Assembly (NCBI RefSeq): GCF_006345805.1
Contig: NC_043004.1
Location: forward strand, 98,766,001 to 98,830,000
Origin: Octopus sinensis
Lineage: Eukaryota
Direction of reading: 5' to 3'
DNA: 64,000 nucleotides
Shown here: positions 36,361-49,369 of the stretch, in pieces
Numbering within the stretch: the stretch's first letter is position 1
Layout of the letters: the number at the start of each line of letters is the position of its first letter
Made by a program: the position numbers and the translations under genes
Notes under the pieces: model-generated
Seen by the model: the letters and a program-made list of their open reading frames with translations, nothing else
Database searches by the model: none
What the model was told of the DNA's origin: nothing

Positions 36361-36854
36361 TACACTTAGTTGTACAATAACTGAGGAAAAGATAACCTGG
36401 TTATATTTCGGAACATCGTTGGTCATGTGTCTTGTTCAGTCAGGCTTCATCTGAGGCTAAACATAAACACTACGAAATATGTTTTGCTGTAAAGGCAGTG
36501 CGCGAAAATACTTTACATTCACATGTGAACTACACTATGTTAGACCATAAGCATGTTACACTATATTCTAGATTGTACTCATTTCATATTTGCATAGACA
36601 TACAAAGATGAAAGAAGTGACTAAGAAGTTGTTTAGTATAACAGCAGCAAATATGCAACAAAGAATGGGAAGAATAGAAGACAGTTGTCTTGAAAGTCAA
36701 AGACAAAACAATGAAGATTATGGCAACAATTTTTTGTCAAATGCCAATAAAACTGATCAACATGCAAATATAGCTTTCTGATACTAATAGCATATATAAA
36801 TGGACACACTACAATATACACATATATACACACACTTCAAACATTATATTTCTG

Positions 36855-36919
36855 TATGTTTGTGTATGTATATCTATATTTGTATATCAATATATATAAA
36901 TATATATATGTATATGTGT

Positions 36920-36985
<66 letters not shown>

Positions 36986-36986
36986 G

Positions 36987-37052
<66 letters not shown>

Positions 37053-37200
37053 AATTTGTCTGTCTATCTGTCTATCTATCTATCTATCTATCTATTTATC
37101 TATCTATCTATCTGTCTGTCGTCTAATCTATCCATCTGTCTGTCTGTCTGTTTATCTATCTATCTGTTAATATCTCTGTCTCTGTCTCTCTCTCTCATTA
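36855..37200. repeat. (TCTA)n/(TCTG)n tetranucleotide microsatellite
   Basis: Directly visible. Confidence 0.95.
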
Positions 37201-37273
37201 TGTCTATCTATATATATATATATATATATATGAAGTAGAGAGAGTAAAGAGATAAAAATGAAGCTATATATGT

Positions 37274-37307
<34 letters not shown>

Positions 37308-37600
37308 ATATATATATATATACATACATACATACATATATATATATATATTGGTAAATGAACAGACAGATAAATGGACAGGTAGAGAGAGAGATGGGTA
37401 AGTAAATAGAGAGATGGACAAACAGACAGACATATGCATATATTTACACTTGCGATGTTTTCTCCAGGCAATATCGGTTAAACCAATACTGCCTTGGAGA
37501 AAATTTAATTTATATACAATAAATCACATATAAACAAAATTATGTGTGTGGGGATATACATACATATGTCCTCCATACATATATGCAAGTATATGTATGT

Positions 37601-37643
<43 letters not shown>

Positions 37644-37950
37644 ATATATATTTGTGTGTGATCTTATATAAGCAGCTGTATGTAAGTAGATGCATAAATA
37701 CATACATACATACATACACAGGCACACACACGCACTATACTTAATATAAAGACAGCGTATAGTGTGTGCAAGTGTATCTGTGTGTGACTGAAAAATAAAC
37801 AGAGATAAATTGATAGTTATATACAATATACCTACGTATAAACATTATATATAGAGATAGATAAAGAGAGAGAGAGATACATATATATACATACACATAT
37901 GTGTGTATGTGTGTATATATATATATATGTACATATATATATATGTATAT

Positions 37951-38041
<91 letters not shown>

Positions 38042-38197
38042 GTATATATGTGTGTATATATATATACATATATTAACCAGAGAATTTGACTATTATTGCT
38101 TAGAGGCTAACAAATTATATATGAAAAGTTAAATTAATAAACAAAATATGTAATATTACAAAAGTTTTTTTTGTATTCATTATTATTATCATTATTA

Positions 38198-38230
<33 letters not shown>

Positions 38231-38665
38231 TATTATTATTATTATTATTATTATCATTGTTATCATTATCATTATTTTTATCATCACCATCATCATCATC
38301 ATCATCATCATTATTGTTGTTGTTATCATCATCATTATTATTATCATTATTATTATTCTCCATTTTATTATTTATATGGTGATCTGGTAGAAATGTTACA
38401 ACATCGGACAAAATGGTTAGCGGCATTTCTCCTGGGTCTGTACATTCTGAGTTCAAACTCCACCAAGGTTGACTTTGCCTTTCCCCTTTTGACTAATATA
38501 ACTACCAGTTGTGTACTGAGGTCAATTTAATCAAATAGCCCCATCTCCCAAATACTACAGGCCATGTGTAGTACAAAGTATTATAATTATCATTATCATT
38601 ATTACTATTATTGGTCTGACTCAGGTTCGTTCTTATTCTCGGTAGAATTTATGTGGCTAGCAGGA

Positions 38666-39070
38666 TACTCTTTTACTCTTTTCAGTCATTTGACTGCGGC
38701 CATGCTGGAGCACCGCCTTTAGTCGAGCAAATCGACCCCGGGACTTATTCTTTGTAAGCCCAGTACTTATTCTATCGGTCTCTTTTGCTGAACCGCTAAG
38801 TGACAGGGACGTAAACACACCAGCGTCGGTTGTCAAGCAATGCTAGGGGGACAAACACAGACACACAAACACACACACACACCTACATATATATATATAC
38901 ATATATACGACAGGCTTCTTTCAATTTCCGTCTACCAAATCCACTCACAAGGCATTGGTTGGCCCGGGGCTATAGCAGAAGACACTTGCCCAAGATGCTA
39001 CGCTGTGTGACTGAACCCGCAACCATGTGGTTCGTAAGCAAGCTACTTACCACACAGCCACTCCTGCACC
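38666..39070 (-). mobile_element. SINE family A
   Basis: Full-length match to family A. Confidence 0.9.
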
Positions 39071-39255
39071 TTGTAACCTTAAGTATCCACTAGCTTTCAA
39101 CAGTCTTTTAGGTGCCCAAGACCTGCTTGATAATCTTTCCTGTTCCTAGGAAGCAAATTTTCCGTAGAAGCTCTTCAGAACATTCTATTCCAATCTCTTT
39201 TAACCATTTCTCTATATCCTTCCTTAGAGTTCCCAGTGCCCCAATTATTACAAGC
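39071..39255 (-). mobile_element. R4/Dong-type LINE 3' fragment (same subfamily as 528-840)
   Basis: VIIGALGTLRKDIEKWLKEIGIECSEELLRKICFLGTGKIIKQVLGT*. Confidence 0.85.
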
Positions 39256-39293
39256 ACTACTCCTACTACTGCTACTACTACTACTACTGCTGC

Positions 39294-39336
<43 letters not shown>

Positions 39337-39643
39337 ATTACTACTACTACTACTACTGTCTCCTTCCCACAAATTTCGGGCCTTGTGACAATAATAGAAA
39401 GGATTATTATTATTATTATTATTATTATTATTGTTGTTGTTGTTGTTGTTATCATCATCATCATCATCATCATTATTATTATTATTATTATTATTTGAGT
39501 TGCCAGAATCACTAGAACATCAGGAAATGTGCCTTGTAACATTTATTCCAACTCTTGGACATTTTGAGTTCAAATTCCACTAATGTTAACTTAACTTTTC
39601 ATCCTTTCACGATCAACAAAATAAAGTAATTATTAAGTATTGG

Positions 39644-39826
39644 GTGGAGGCACATGGCCTAGTGGTTAGAGCAGTGGACTTGTGGTCGAGGGAGCGTGGG
39701 TTCGAATCTCAGACCGGGCAAAGTGTGTGTTTATGAGCGAAACACCTAAGCTCCATGTGGTTCTGGCAGAAGGTAATGGCAAATTTCTGCTGACTCTTTC
39801 ACCACAACTTTCTCTCACTCTTTCCT
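39644..39826 (+). mobile_element. SINE family C, 5' half
   Basis: Matches the head and body of 23848-24146. Confidence 0.85.
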
Positions 39827-40025
39827 CAATGGCATTTCTTCTGGTTTTTTACATTCTGAATTCAAATGCCACCAAGGTTAACTCTGCCTTTCATTCTTTC
39901 AGGGTTGATAAATTAAGTACCAGTTATGCACTGGGGTCAATGTAATCAACTAGCCCCTCCCTCGCAATTTCAGGTCATGTGGCTCTTACAGAAAGGAATC
40001 TTTCAGGATTGATAAAATTGATAGC

Positions 40026-40250
40026 TATTTCTTTACTACCCACAAGGGGCTAAACACAGAGGGGACAAACATGGACAAACGGATTAGTCGATTACATCGA
40101 CCCCAGTGTGTAACTGGTACTTAATTTATCGACCCCGAAAGGATGAAAAGCAAAGTCGACCTTGATGGAATTTGAACTCAGAACGTAATGGCAGACGAAA
40201 TACGGTTACACATTTCGCCTGGCGTGCTAACGTTCCTGCCAGCTCGGCGG
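40026..40250 (-). mobile_element. SINE family B
   Basis: Full-length match to 6531-6770. Another full copy at 41290-41522. Confidence 0.88.
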
Positions 40251-40515
40251 CTGGGACCAATGTGATAGGCTAATCCCTTCCCTCAAACATTGTGCCAAAA
40301 TTTAAAACTATTATGTTTTTCTTTGTGAACTGGTAGATTAGCCAATAAAATATATCATGGTATATGGTTACCTAATAGTCGAATTTTGAGTTCAAGTTTT
40401 GCTGAGTTCAACTTCGACATTGTACTAGCTTTGAGTGCTAGGGTTTATTTAAATAACAATTCCTGCCCTACAAAATTTGCAGCATTGTATTTACCTTAAA
40501 AACTTTAGTTGTTAT

Positions 40516-40936
40516 TACTCTTTTATTCTTTACTCTTTTACTTGTTTCAGTCATTTGACTGCGGCCATGCTGGAGCACCGCCTTTACTCGAACAAATCGA
40601 CCCCAGGACTTATTCTTTGGAAGCCCAGTACTTATTATATCGGTCTCTTTTGCCGAACCGCTAAGTTATGGGGACGCAAACACACCAGCATCGATTGTCA
40701 AGCAATGCTAGGGAGACAAACACAGATACACAAACATACACACACATACATATATATATATATACATATATAGGACAGGCTTCTTTCAGTTTCCATCTAC
40801 CAAATCCACTCACAAGGCATTGGTTGTCCCGAGGTTATAGTAGAAGACACTTGCCCAAGGTGCCACACAGTGGGACTGAACCCGGAACCATGTGGTTGGT
40901 AAGCAAGCTACTTACCACACAGCCACTCCTGCGCCT
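40516..40936 (-). mobile_element. SINE family A
   Basis: Full-length match to family A. Confidence 0.9.
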
Positions 40937-42742
40937 ATTGATATATTTGTAGACACAGTTAAGTGTCGAATAAAATGCCATGTATTTTGTTACAACTCTT
41001 TATATTCTGAGTTTGAATCTCACCTAAGTCAACTTTCTTTCATGCTTCTAGATGTTGAAGAACAAAATTACCAGTCAGATAGAAGGCAAAATTTGATCAA
41101 CTGCTACTTTCCCCAAAGTTGAGACCTTGTGCCTATGCTATTGTTTTTATTTTCTGAAGTGGGAAGCTAGTAGAATTGTTTGCATGCCAGGCAAAATGCT
41201 TAGTACTATTTCATCCATCATTAGTTTCTGAGTTCAAATTCTACCAAGACCAGCTTTGCTTTTTATTCTTCCAGGTTCAATTAAATAAGTACCTATTTCT
41301 TTATTACCCACAAGGGGCTAAACATAGAAGGGACAAAGACAGACATAGGTATTAAGTCGATTACATCAACCCCAGTGCGTAACTGGTACTTAATTTATCG
41401 ACCCCGAAAGGATGAAAGGCAAAGTTGACCTCGGCGGAATTTGAACTCACAACGTAACGACAGATGAATTACGGCTACACATTTCACCCGGCGTGCTAAC
41501 GTTTCTGCCAGCTCGCCGCCTTCATCAATAAAATAAGTATCATTTGAGCACTGGGGTGTCAATGTAATCAACTTGTCTACCTCACTCGAAGTTGCTGGCC
41601 TTGTGCCAAAATTTGAAACAATTATTTAAAATTTCTAACACAAAGATGATTGTTTAAGATAATTTCAAATTTAAATTAAGTAGGGGCAACTGGTAATTAT
41701 TTTTTCTTTCCTATTACCATTGTAAGCTTTTGCAGATAGTGAGATCAATGCAGTCGATATTTGTATCAATACAGGTTAATATCGACTTGGGAGGGAAAGG
41801 ATTATCAGAATGCAGTAAGTCTGGAAAGAAAGGACTGGCTAAAGGGTTTAGTGTTCATCTTATGGAGTGAAACAACAGGAATGGTAAGAACACGATGGGT
41901 CTGGGTAGAATAATATCTGATAAGTATGTGAGTCTGTCGGTGAGCCTGGTTGAAATAGGGCCAGAAAAACCTGGGGGTAATGGTATCAGATAATCCTGAA
42001 TTCAGTAGTGTCAGATGAATGTAGTTCAATCATATCAGGAAAATTGGATTGAAGTGGTGTTAGGTGAGTTCCAGTAGAGCAATGTTTGGTAGAATAATTT
42101 GATCCCGGTATGCAGTTACTTCTGTTGCAGAATCAAAGCTATCGTTGAAGCTGGGGACAGTTGTCTTGAATAAACTCGTTCGTTAATATAATTTTTCTGG
42201 TCATGTACTGTTTTGTTTGTTGATAACTTTATATTTTTACCCTTATATTGTATTTTTGTTTTGAATCTCATGAAGCACTTTACATATGCATATGTGTATT
42301 TAACACACATGTTATTTATACTGTTTTAATAACGGTCAATCACACAGTAATTTATCTTTGTATAACGGTCATTTTTCATAGCATTTTTCAGCATCCAAAA
42401 CTCGGAGTTTTGTCATGGCTACCGAATAATTGTCACATATTATTACATTTATAGATAAATTCCTCTATTTACATAATATCGAGGTCTTTTTCTTTCTTTG
42501 GTCTTACCATTTTTATCAATATATATATAATACATAATAGATAGATAGACAAACAGACAGATAGAAATGGATTGGAATTAGGAATGGACTTTAGCCATTA
42601 AATGTTTGCAAAAAGTAGAAAGTGTAAGCAATATCTGGCACCTTGGAAAGTAGTGACTCGGAGTATAGACTGAATTTAAACATTTGGCTGTATAAAAGGA
42701 AAATGGCGATGATGATGGTATGTATATGTAATCCTGTATATA

Positions 42743-42770
<28 letters not shown>

Positions 42771-42783
<13 letters not shown>

Positions 42784-43133
42784 TTAGAGACAAAACCACT
42801 GTTATGCAAATCAAACAAAGAAAGACTTAATCCAATACATAAAAAATTTTATATAAATTAAATAAAATTAAGTTATCCACTACAATTGTTTCTTGTCACT
42901 TCTAAGGACATTCATCAGGTGGTTTTCAGACCTTCTATTCAATTTTAAATTATGAATAAAATTGAATAGAAGGTCTGAAAACCACCTGATGAATGTCCTT
43001 AGAAGTGACAAGAAACAATTGTAGTGGATAACTTAATTTTATTTCATTTATATAAAATTTTTTATGTATTGGATTAAGTCTTTCTTTGTTTGATTTGCAT
43101 AATAGTGGTTTTGTCTCTAATTAATATTATATA
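42771..43133. repeat. 363-bp near-perfect palindrome with a hammerhead motif in each arm
   Basis: Arms 42771-42947 and 42957-43133 (177 bp, two mismatches counted), 9-bp spacer. CCAC-CTGATGA-A-TGTC...GACA-A-GAA-ACAATTGT-A-GTGG at 42982-43027 (+) and 42877-42922 (-). Confidence 0.92.
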
Positions 43134-43207
43134 ATATTTTACTATAAAATTGGATTCAATCCTAAATCTGATTTTTCCCTGTAAATTTGGATTTATTCCC
43201 TAATATT

Positions 43208-43253
<46 letters not shown>

Positions 43254-43264
43254 GTGTATATATA

Positions 43265-43340
<76 letters not shown>

Positions 43341-43499
43341 ATATATATGTATATATATGCAAACATATATATATACATATGCATAGATACATACATGCAT
43401 ACATACATATATTTGTATACACACTTCTACATACAAATGTGCAGGAATGTGAATGGATACATTCATTCATCTATATACATATACACATACATATATAAT

Positions 43500-43543
<44 letters not shown>

Positions 43544-43885
43544 GCACTGTATGTGGGTGTGGATGTATGTATGTATTCACGCACAAATATGTTGTAAATC
43601 TTCTTAAGATTTGAATATTTTCAAAATGGCCACATCAAAAGCTCATTGTTACATCCTTCATGAGGAATATACTTAGAACTAATACGGATCTCAATGTTTT
43701 CAGGAATATATAAATATAAAAGCTTTCACAGCTTTCATTCGAAATTGTAAATCTCTATTTTGGAACAATTGAAACAGAAATATTTCTCCTGTCTTTATTT
43801 CTCTATTTACATTTCTGTATAAGCAAATGTAAATTTTATGTATATTCATATACACACACACACACACACACATACCTATACATAC

Positions 43886-43924
<39 letters not shown>

Positions 43925-44029
43925 GATATATATAGATATACATATATACATGTATGGATATATATATATATATGTATATATATACATATCCATACATGTA
44001 TATATGTATATCCCATCATCATTACTACC

Positions 44030-44490
44030 ATAGGCAGCCTGTTATTATTGACTGATGATTGCCCATATAAAGTGCCAGGAGTTAGAATATCAGAAGTGAA
44101 TCAAATCCACCATGGCTTTCTATCTTGCACTTCAATGGTCAAGCTATCATAAGGATGACAATCTCTTCATGTCACATTTAGTCACATCTTTGAATACCAC
44201 TCGGGGTACACCCTGGTTTCTCATATTGTTGCAACTATGTGTACAGAATCCATCTTGGATTCTGAACTTCCTCTGTTCTTTAAACATAATGAAACCTGTG
44301 GAGATTTCATTTCAGCAATGCCTCTTCGATGCTGAAGTGCCTGGTTTATTCTTTTATGAGGGTGTTCTTGTTCAAACCTTTCCAAGTGATGCTCATGATT
44401 TCTTTGACGTGCCTCATAAATTCATACAGTTTTTTAATTGCCTTCATTATAAGATCCATTATCAAACAATAGAATTTTACACTAAACTAA
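44030..44490 (-). mobile_element. Decayed RTE (BovB-like) LINE 3' fragment
   Basis: Across frameshifts: LYEFMRHVKEIMSITWK...SIEEALLK...RNQGVPRVVFKDVTKCDMK. Confidence 0.65.
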
Positions 44491-44499
44491 AATTGTTTT

Positions 44500-44822
44500 T
44501 TACGGAGATGTACTTGCATAGCGAGTGACCTGATCTGAGATCGTGTGCTGGAATGAAAACAATTGCAGCATGGAAGGTGTTTATACGCCATTTAAGAAAC
44601 ACACAAAACCGTTAGATTCACTTCAACATTTAAATTTAATTTGTCAAAATATTTTCGTCGCTTTGAGACCGCGACCTGTTCAGTGACAAAACTTTGTGCT
44701 AGTGAACAGGTTGCGGTCTGAAAGCAATGAAAATATTTTGAAAAGTAAAATTTAAATGTTGAAGTGAATCTAATGGTTTTGTGTGGTTCTTAAATGGCTT
44801 ATATACACCTTCCACGCTGCAA
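44500..44822. repeat. Palindromic Penelope-like repeat, 122-bp arms, variant hammerhead in each arm
   Basis: Arms 44563-44684 and 44701-44822 with a 16-bp spacer. Motif NTGAACA-G-GTYGC...GCRAY-GAA-AATATT-T on both arms. Confidence 0.85.
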
Positions 44823-44889
44823 GTGTTTAAAATTGTTTGGTGTATTTTGTGTTTCACTTGGATAAAAACTTGCTTGTAGTTTTATAGAT

Positions 44890-47330
44890 ACTCTTTCAAC
44901 CTTCTGAATAGCATGATGGACTTACTCATGAGTCATTCAGCAATATACATCAACACTAATCATTGTGATCAGGATAGGGAAATGTATTGTCTTTACCCTT
45001 TCCCAGCTTTTTGTATAAATGGGCTTAAGTTGTTCTTCTTGGCACCTGTCACGATTTACATGGTAATCAATTTCAGTTATTTGAATGTTACATTTCATGT
45101 TGGAATCGTTTCTTTTTACCATCAAATGCATCCATCAAGTTTTACATATCCTAGAGACTTGTGCACAATCATCAATAACTCAACATTATTGTCTTGTGTG
45201 TATGTAGGTTCCATTTTCTTTCTATCAATATTTTCTGCTAGGTTCATAAAAAGTGAGATTCATCGAATTCCATAACATCCTATGGATCTGTTCTTTCGTT
45301 GCTTGAATTTGCTCTACCAGTGATGTTAAATTGATGAAGTTTTGTGACTGAATTGTACAATCCAACAATCCTATCAAGAAATCAGACCATTCTCATAAGA
45401 ACAAACGTTTTCCTCCTTCCGGTTCTTTCTGATGGCATTTGATACACTTAGAGCGACCATAAGAGTCCAGCAATAGACCATATCAGGAACACCATCTTAA
45501 CTTCCCAATCAATGGATAGCTTCACATAGAGAAGTTTAAGATGTGAGGTTGCTACTTTTAGTGCTTGTTTCAAATTTTCCTCTTGGTATCATTTAGTAGT
45601 ACAGCATAAATATGATCAAGGCTCTTAATTGACTAATCTCTAATTGCTTGATCCCAGTTATAACTGGAATCATCCCCACTTCCAGTTTTAAAATAGAATT
45701 TCTAGATCTGACTTCATCTCATATACTCTTTTACTTTTTTACTTTCTTCAGTCATTTGACTGTGGCCATGCTGGAGCACCGCCTTTAGTCGGGCAAATCG
45801 ACCCCAGGACTTATTCTTTGTAAGCCTAGTACTTATTCTATCGGTCTCTTTTGCCGAACTGCTAAGTTACGGGGACATAAACACACCAGCATCGGTTGTC
45901 AAGCGATGTTGGGGAGACAAACACATACACACAAACACATACACACATATATATACATATATACGACAGACTTCTTTCAAATCCACTCACAAGGCTTTGG
46001 TCGGCCTGAGGCTATAGTAGAAGACACTTGCCCAAGGTGCCCCTCAGTGGGACTGATCCCAGAACCATGTGGTTGGTAAGTAAGCTACTTACCACACAGC
46101 CACTCCTGCACCTATATATAGACTGACATTTTAAAACTTTGGAGTGCAGTTGACATTGACAGAGTGGTTCATTCCAGATTTGCCTGAAGAGTATTTGCTT
46201 TAAATTATAAAGAATTTTTTGGTTTTGTGTTTCTACTGGTGGTAATGCCATCCATAAAAGCACATAGTGGTAGTATTACTAAGTGTCCTCCCCTTCCTTT
46301 CAGCAGCTTTTTAAACCTTTCACTGTCAACTCTAGATCCATCATTAATTTGAAGGAAAGAATTGGCACCTCACCATAACAATATCTAGTGCTTTCCAGCT
46401 GGTTGTGAATTCCTTACTGGTAAACTGTTTGATTTCTAATCTAAGGTAGCATATCACTAATGCTCTGTGTATCAGCACATTCGAAACTGATCCATATGCA
46501 TTTCTCAAGTCAATCCAAAAACCTAGACAACCTGAAAATCTTTTTCTTCCTTTTGACTGTCTGAATGGAGCTTCAGATCATCTAAGAATGTTCAAAGTAT
46601 TTGGGGGTCCCAAGATCACTGTCTTTTGCACCAAAATGCCTATGAGTTCATTCATTACTTGGAAACCTGCCATCCTTCTTGCCAGCTCTTCATTAAACAT
46701 GTTAGTCTTTACATTAAAGAAGAATATCAGCTGAAACTGATCACTTGATGATTCCCCTTCTCCTTTTGAACCTGAAAACCCTCTGGCAAACACCAATCCT
46801 ATGTTACTTTTCCTTCCCTCTACACTTGCAATCAGCTCCTCAACACTCTGACTATGACATGTCTGGCACATTTTGTATTTTATTTTGTCACAAATGACTG
46901 AAATACAAACAGTTGAATTAGACTTCAACTCATCAAAGATCAGGTGCAGGAGCATGTCTTGAAGCGGTCCAAGCAGACACTTTAAAGATGGCTCTCAAGT
47001 TCCTTTTGGAAATTTTCAAACTGCTGACCTGTTTTGCTCAAACAAGTTTCTCGTTAGCCTAAAAGGGTTATACATAAAAAGGCTCATGAGATTTCTTCTA
47101 CCTTCTTGCTTTTCTCTATGATTTTCTACTTTAGATAGTTCTAGAATCTTCCTTTGTATATCACCAAGTAAAGATTAGATAATTTCCTTAGATTGTGTTG
47201 AAGTTTTACAAGTTCATTGCTCAATTTTCTCTACTAATTTTTTCTTTTGTTACTGCTAGCCTTTCTTCAATTAATACTACTAGCTTGCTTTGTTTTTCCT
47301 TTGGATAGGCTACAATCTCAAACATCCTGA
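44890..47330 (-). mobile_element. Highly decayed HERO-like RLE non-LTR retrotransposon (RT region), interrupted by a SINE A
   Basis: SSSDQFQLIFFFNVK...LARRM...LVQK, WIDLRNAYGSV..LIHRAL and CAFMDGIT resemble HERO motifs QFRPI.LLNVEGK, WLDL.NAYGSV and AFMDD. Many stops and frameshifts. Confidence 0.65.
45724..46112 (-). mobile_element. SINE family A (small internal deletion)
   Basis: Match to family A. Confidence 0.9.
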
Positions 47331-47349
47331 CTTAACGAATTTTAGGAAT

Positions 47350-48100
47350 GATCAAAGCAAATATACTGATTATCCCTGATGACGATCCTTTCAAGTCATT
47401 CTGTAGATTCACACAGACATCCGTATTTCAAGATACTCAAACCTGGGTATCAGTTTGACTTGAGCTGTGTTTTTGTTTTGCTATGATTGTAACAAAACCC
47501 AATTTATAGATATCAAATTGACTGCTGAACACTGTAGATATTTTTCCATGTTTTGATTCTTGTTATTCATCTTACTGTCCATAATAAATTCCCACTGGTG
47601 GCTAGCACCACACCTCCCACTATCTTTTCTGTGATGGGCCTTCATCTCTTTTGAACTCCTAGAATTTCCATCACAAGATACATTGTATAAAGCATTATCA
47701 AATGTCAACTTAGTGGAAGATGTATGGCTACTTCCTTGAGAAACATCCTGAAGGCATTTCTCCTATGTAAAGCTTTCTTGCTCTTTTTGCTATCTTTCCA
47801 GGCTGTAATCTCATCTTTACCAGGAATTACCATCCTCTTTCTGGAATTCTTGTAGATCAATGTTTTATGAACATCTTGCATTGTGAAACACACTTCATCA
47901 AAATTTGACTGAAACCACAATTTCAGTACTTTCCAATTGTATCATTCCTTCCAGGAATGCCAAGTAGCATTGATGCTACCAAGGTGATGTCTGAATTATT
48001 TTGATCCATGCTGTATTTCCTCCTTCACTGTTCATGCAATTATAAGCATTTCATTCAGAGTAAGATGAACAAGTAAGTGGATAAAATGTCCCTTGGTATG
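47350..48100 (-). mobile_element. Possible decayed APE-endonuclease region of an RTE-type LINE
   Basis: Weak motifs only: IGKY..CG..ILMKC and HQWEFIM...KYLQCSA. Confidence 0.3.
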
Positions 48101-48671
48101 TCTGGTCAAATATTAATAACTGTTATAGACAAAGCTTTTGATGTCTAGGAAGATATGATACACCATAAGCAATAACAGGCAGAACTTCAAAACACCAGAC
48201 AGCTCCAATATATAATAGGGTATACATTTTATTTCTGGAATTTGTCTAAATTACTTATTTGTAGTTTAGCAACATATAGCACATATGGTTCAGCCGTAGC
48301 TACTTAAACTATTAAAAGCAACATCACCAACAGAAACAATAACAATTTATAATGAGTCCTCATATAGCAAATATAATTAACCTCAGTATATGCTCCATAA
48401 TTATAAGATATATAAATATCTTTTGTTTTTTCATCTTTTACATGTTTCAGTCATTTAATTGAGGACATGCTGGAGCAACCCCTGAACGAACTTCAGTTGA
48501 ATGAATTAACCCCAGTACTTTCTTCAAGCCTGGTACTTATTCTATTGGTTTCTTTTGCTGAACTGCTAAGTTACGAGGATGTAACCACATCGATACTGAT
48601 TGCCAAGCTGCGGTGGGAGACAAACACAAAGACACACACAGACACTCTCATGTATATATTATATAAGAGAG

Positions 48672-49369
48672 ATGACTGTGCTGGTGTGGTCATGTGTTAC
48701 GTATGGCTGAGGACAGCTGTGTGAGGAAGTGTCACACCCTAACAGTGGAAGGAACTTGTGGAAGAGGTAGACCCAGGAAGACATGGGATGAGATGGTGAA
48801 GCACGACCTTTGAATGTTGGGCTTCACAGAGGCAATGACAAAAGACTGAGAACTTTGGAGATATGCTGTGATTGAGAAGATGCAGCAACTAAAGTGAGAT
48901 CGCAGCCATGGTCAATGCCAATGTTGCATGATCGGCCCATTTAAAGGTACCTTCAAAGCATCGGGTATGCTTGAGAAGACCTGATGTGTCAAGTAAAGTT
49001 GAAATCATAGTTGTGGCTAGTGCTGCTTGACCGGCTTCCATGCCAGTGGCACATAAAATGCACCATCCAAACATGGTCTAATCCAGTGCCCCCTGATTAG
49101 CTCCCGTGCCAGTGGCATATAAAAAGCAGCATCTGAACGTGGTTGATGTCAGTACTCCTTGACTGGCTCCCATGCTGGTGACTTGTAAAAAGCACCCACT
49201 ACACTCTCAGAGTGGGTGGCATTAGGAAGGGCATCCAGCTGCAGAAACATTTCCACATCAGATTGGAGCCTGGTGCAGCCCACTGGCTTGCCTGACCCCA
49301 GTCAAACCGTCCACCTCATGCCAGCATGGCAAGCAGATATTAAACGATGATGGTGATGTTGATGATGAT
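48672..49369 (+). mobile_element. RTE-clade LINE 3' fragment whose ORF end runs into family E sequence
   Basis: WCGHVLRMAEDSCVRKCHTLTVEGTCGRGRPRKTWDEMVKHDL...LWRYAVIEK, then ~60-bp repeats, AGGAAGGGCATCCAGC, and a TTAAACGATGATG tail. Confidence 0.88.

Noticed and set aside
36597-36781. Plus-strand exon after ttgcatag (ORF 36590-36781)
   Set aside because: No recognisable protein character, no partner exons, and opposite strand to the other candidates.
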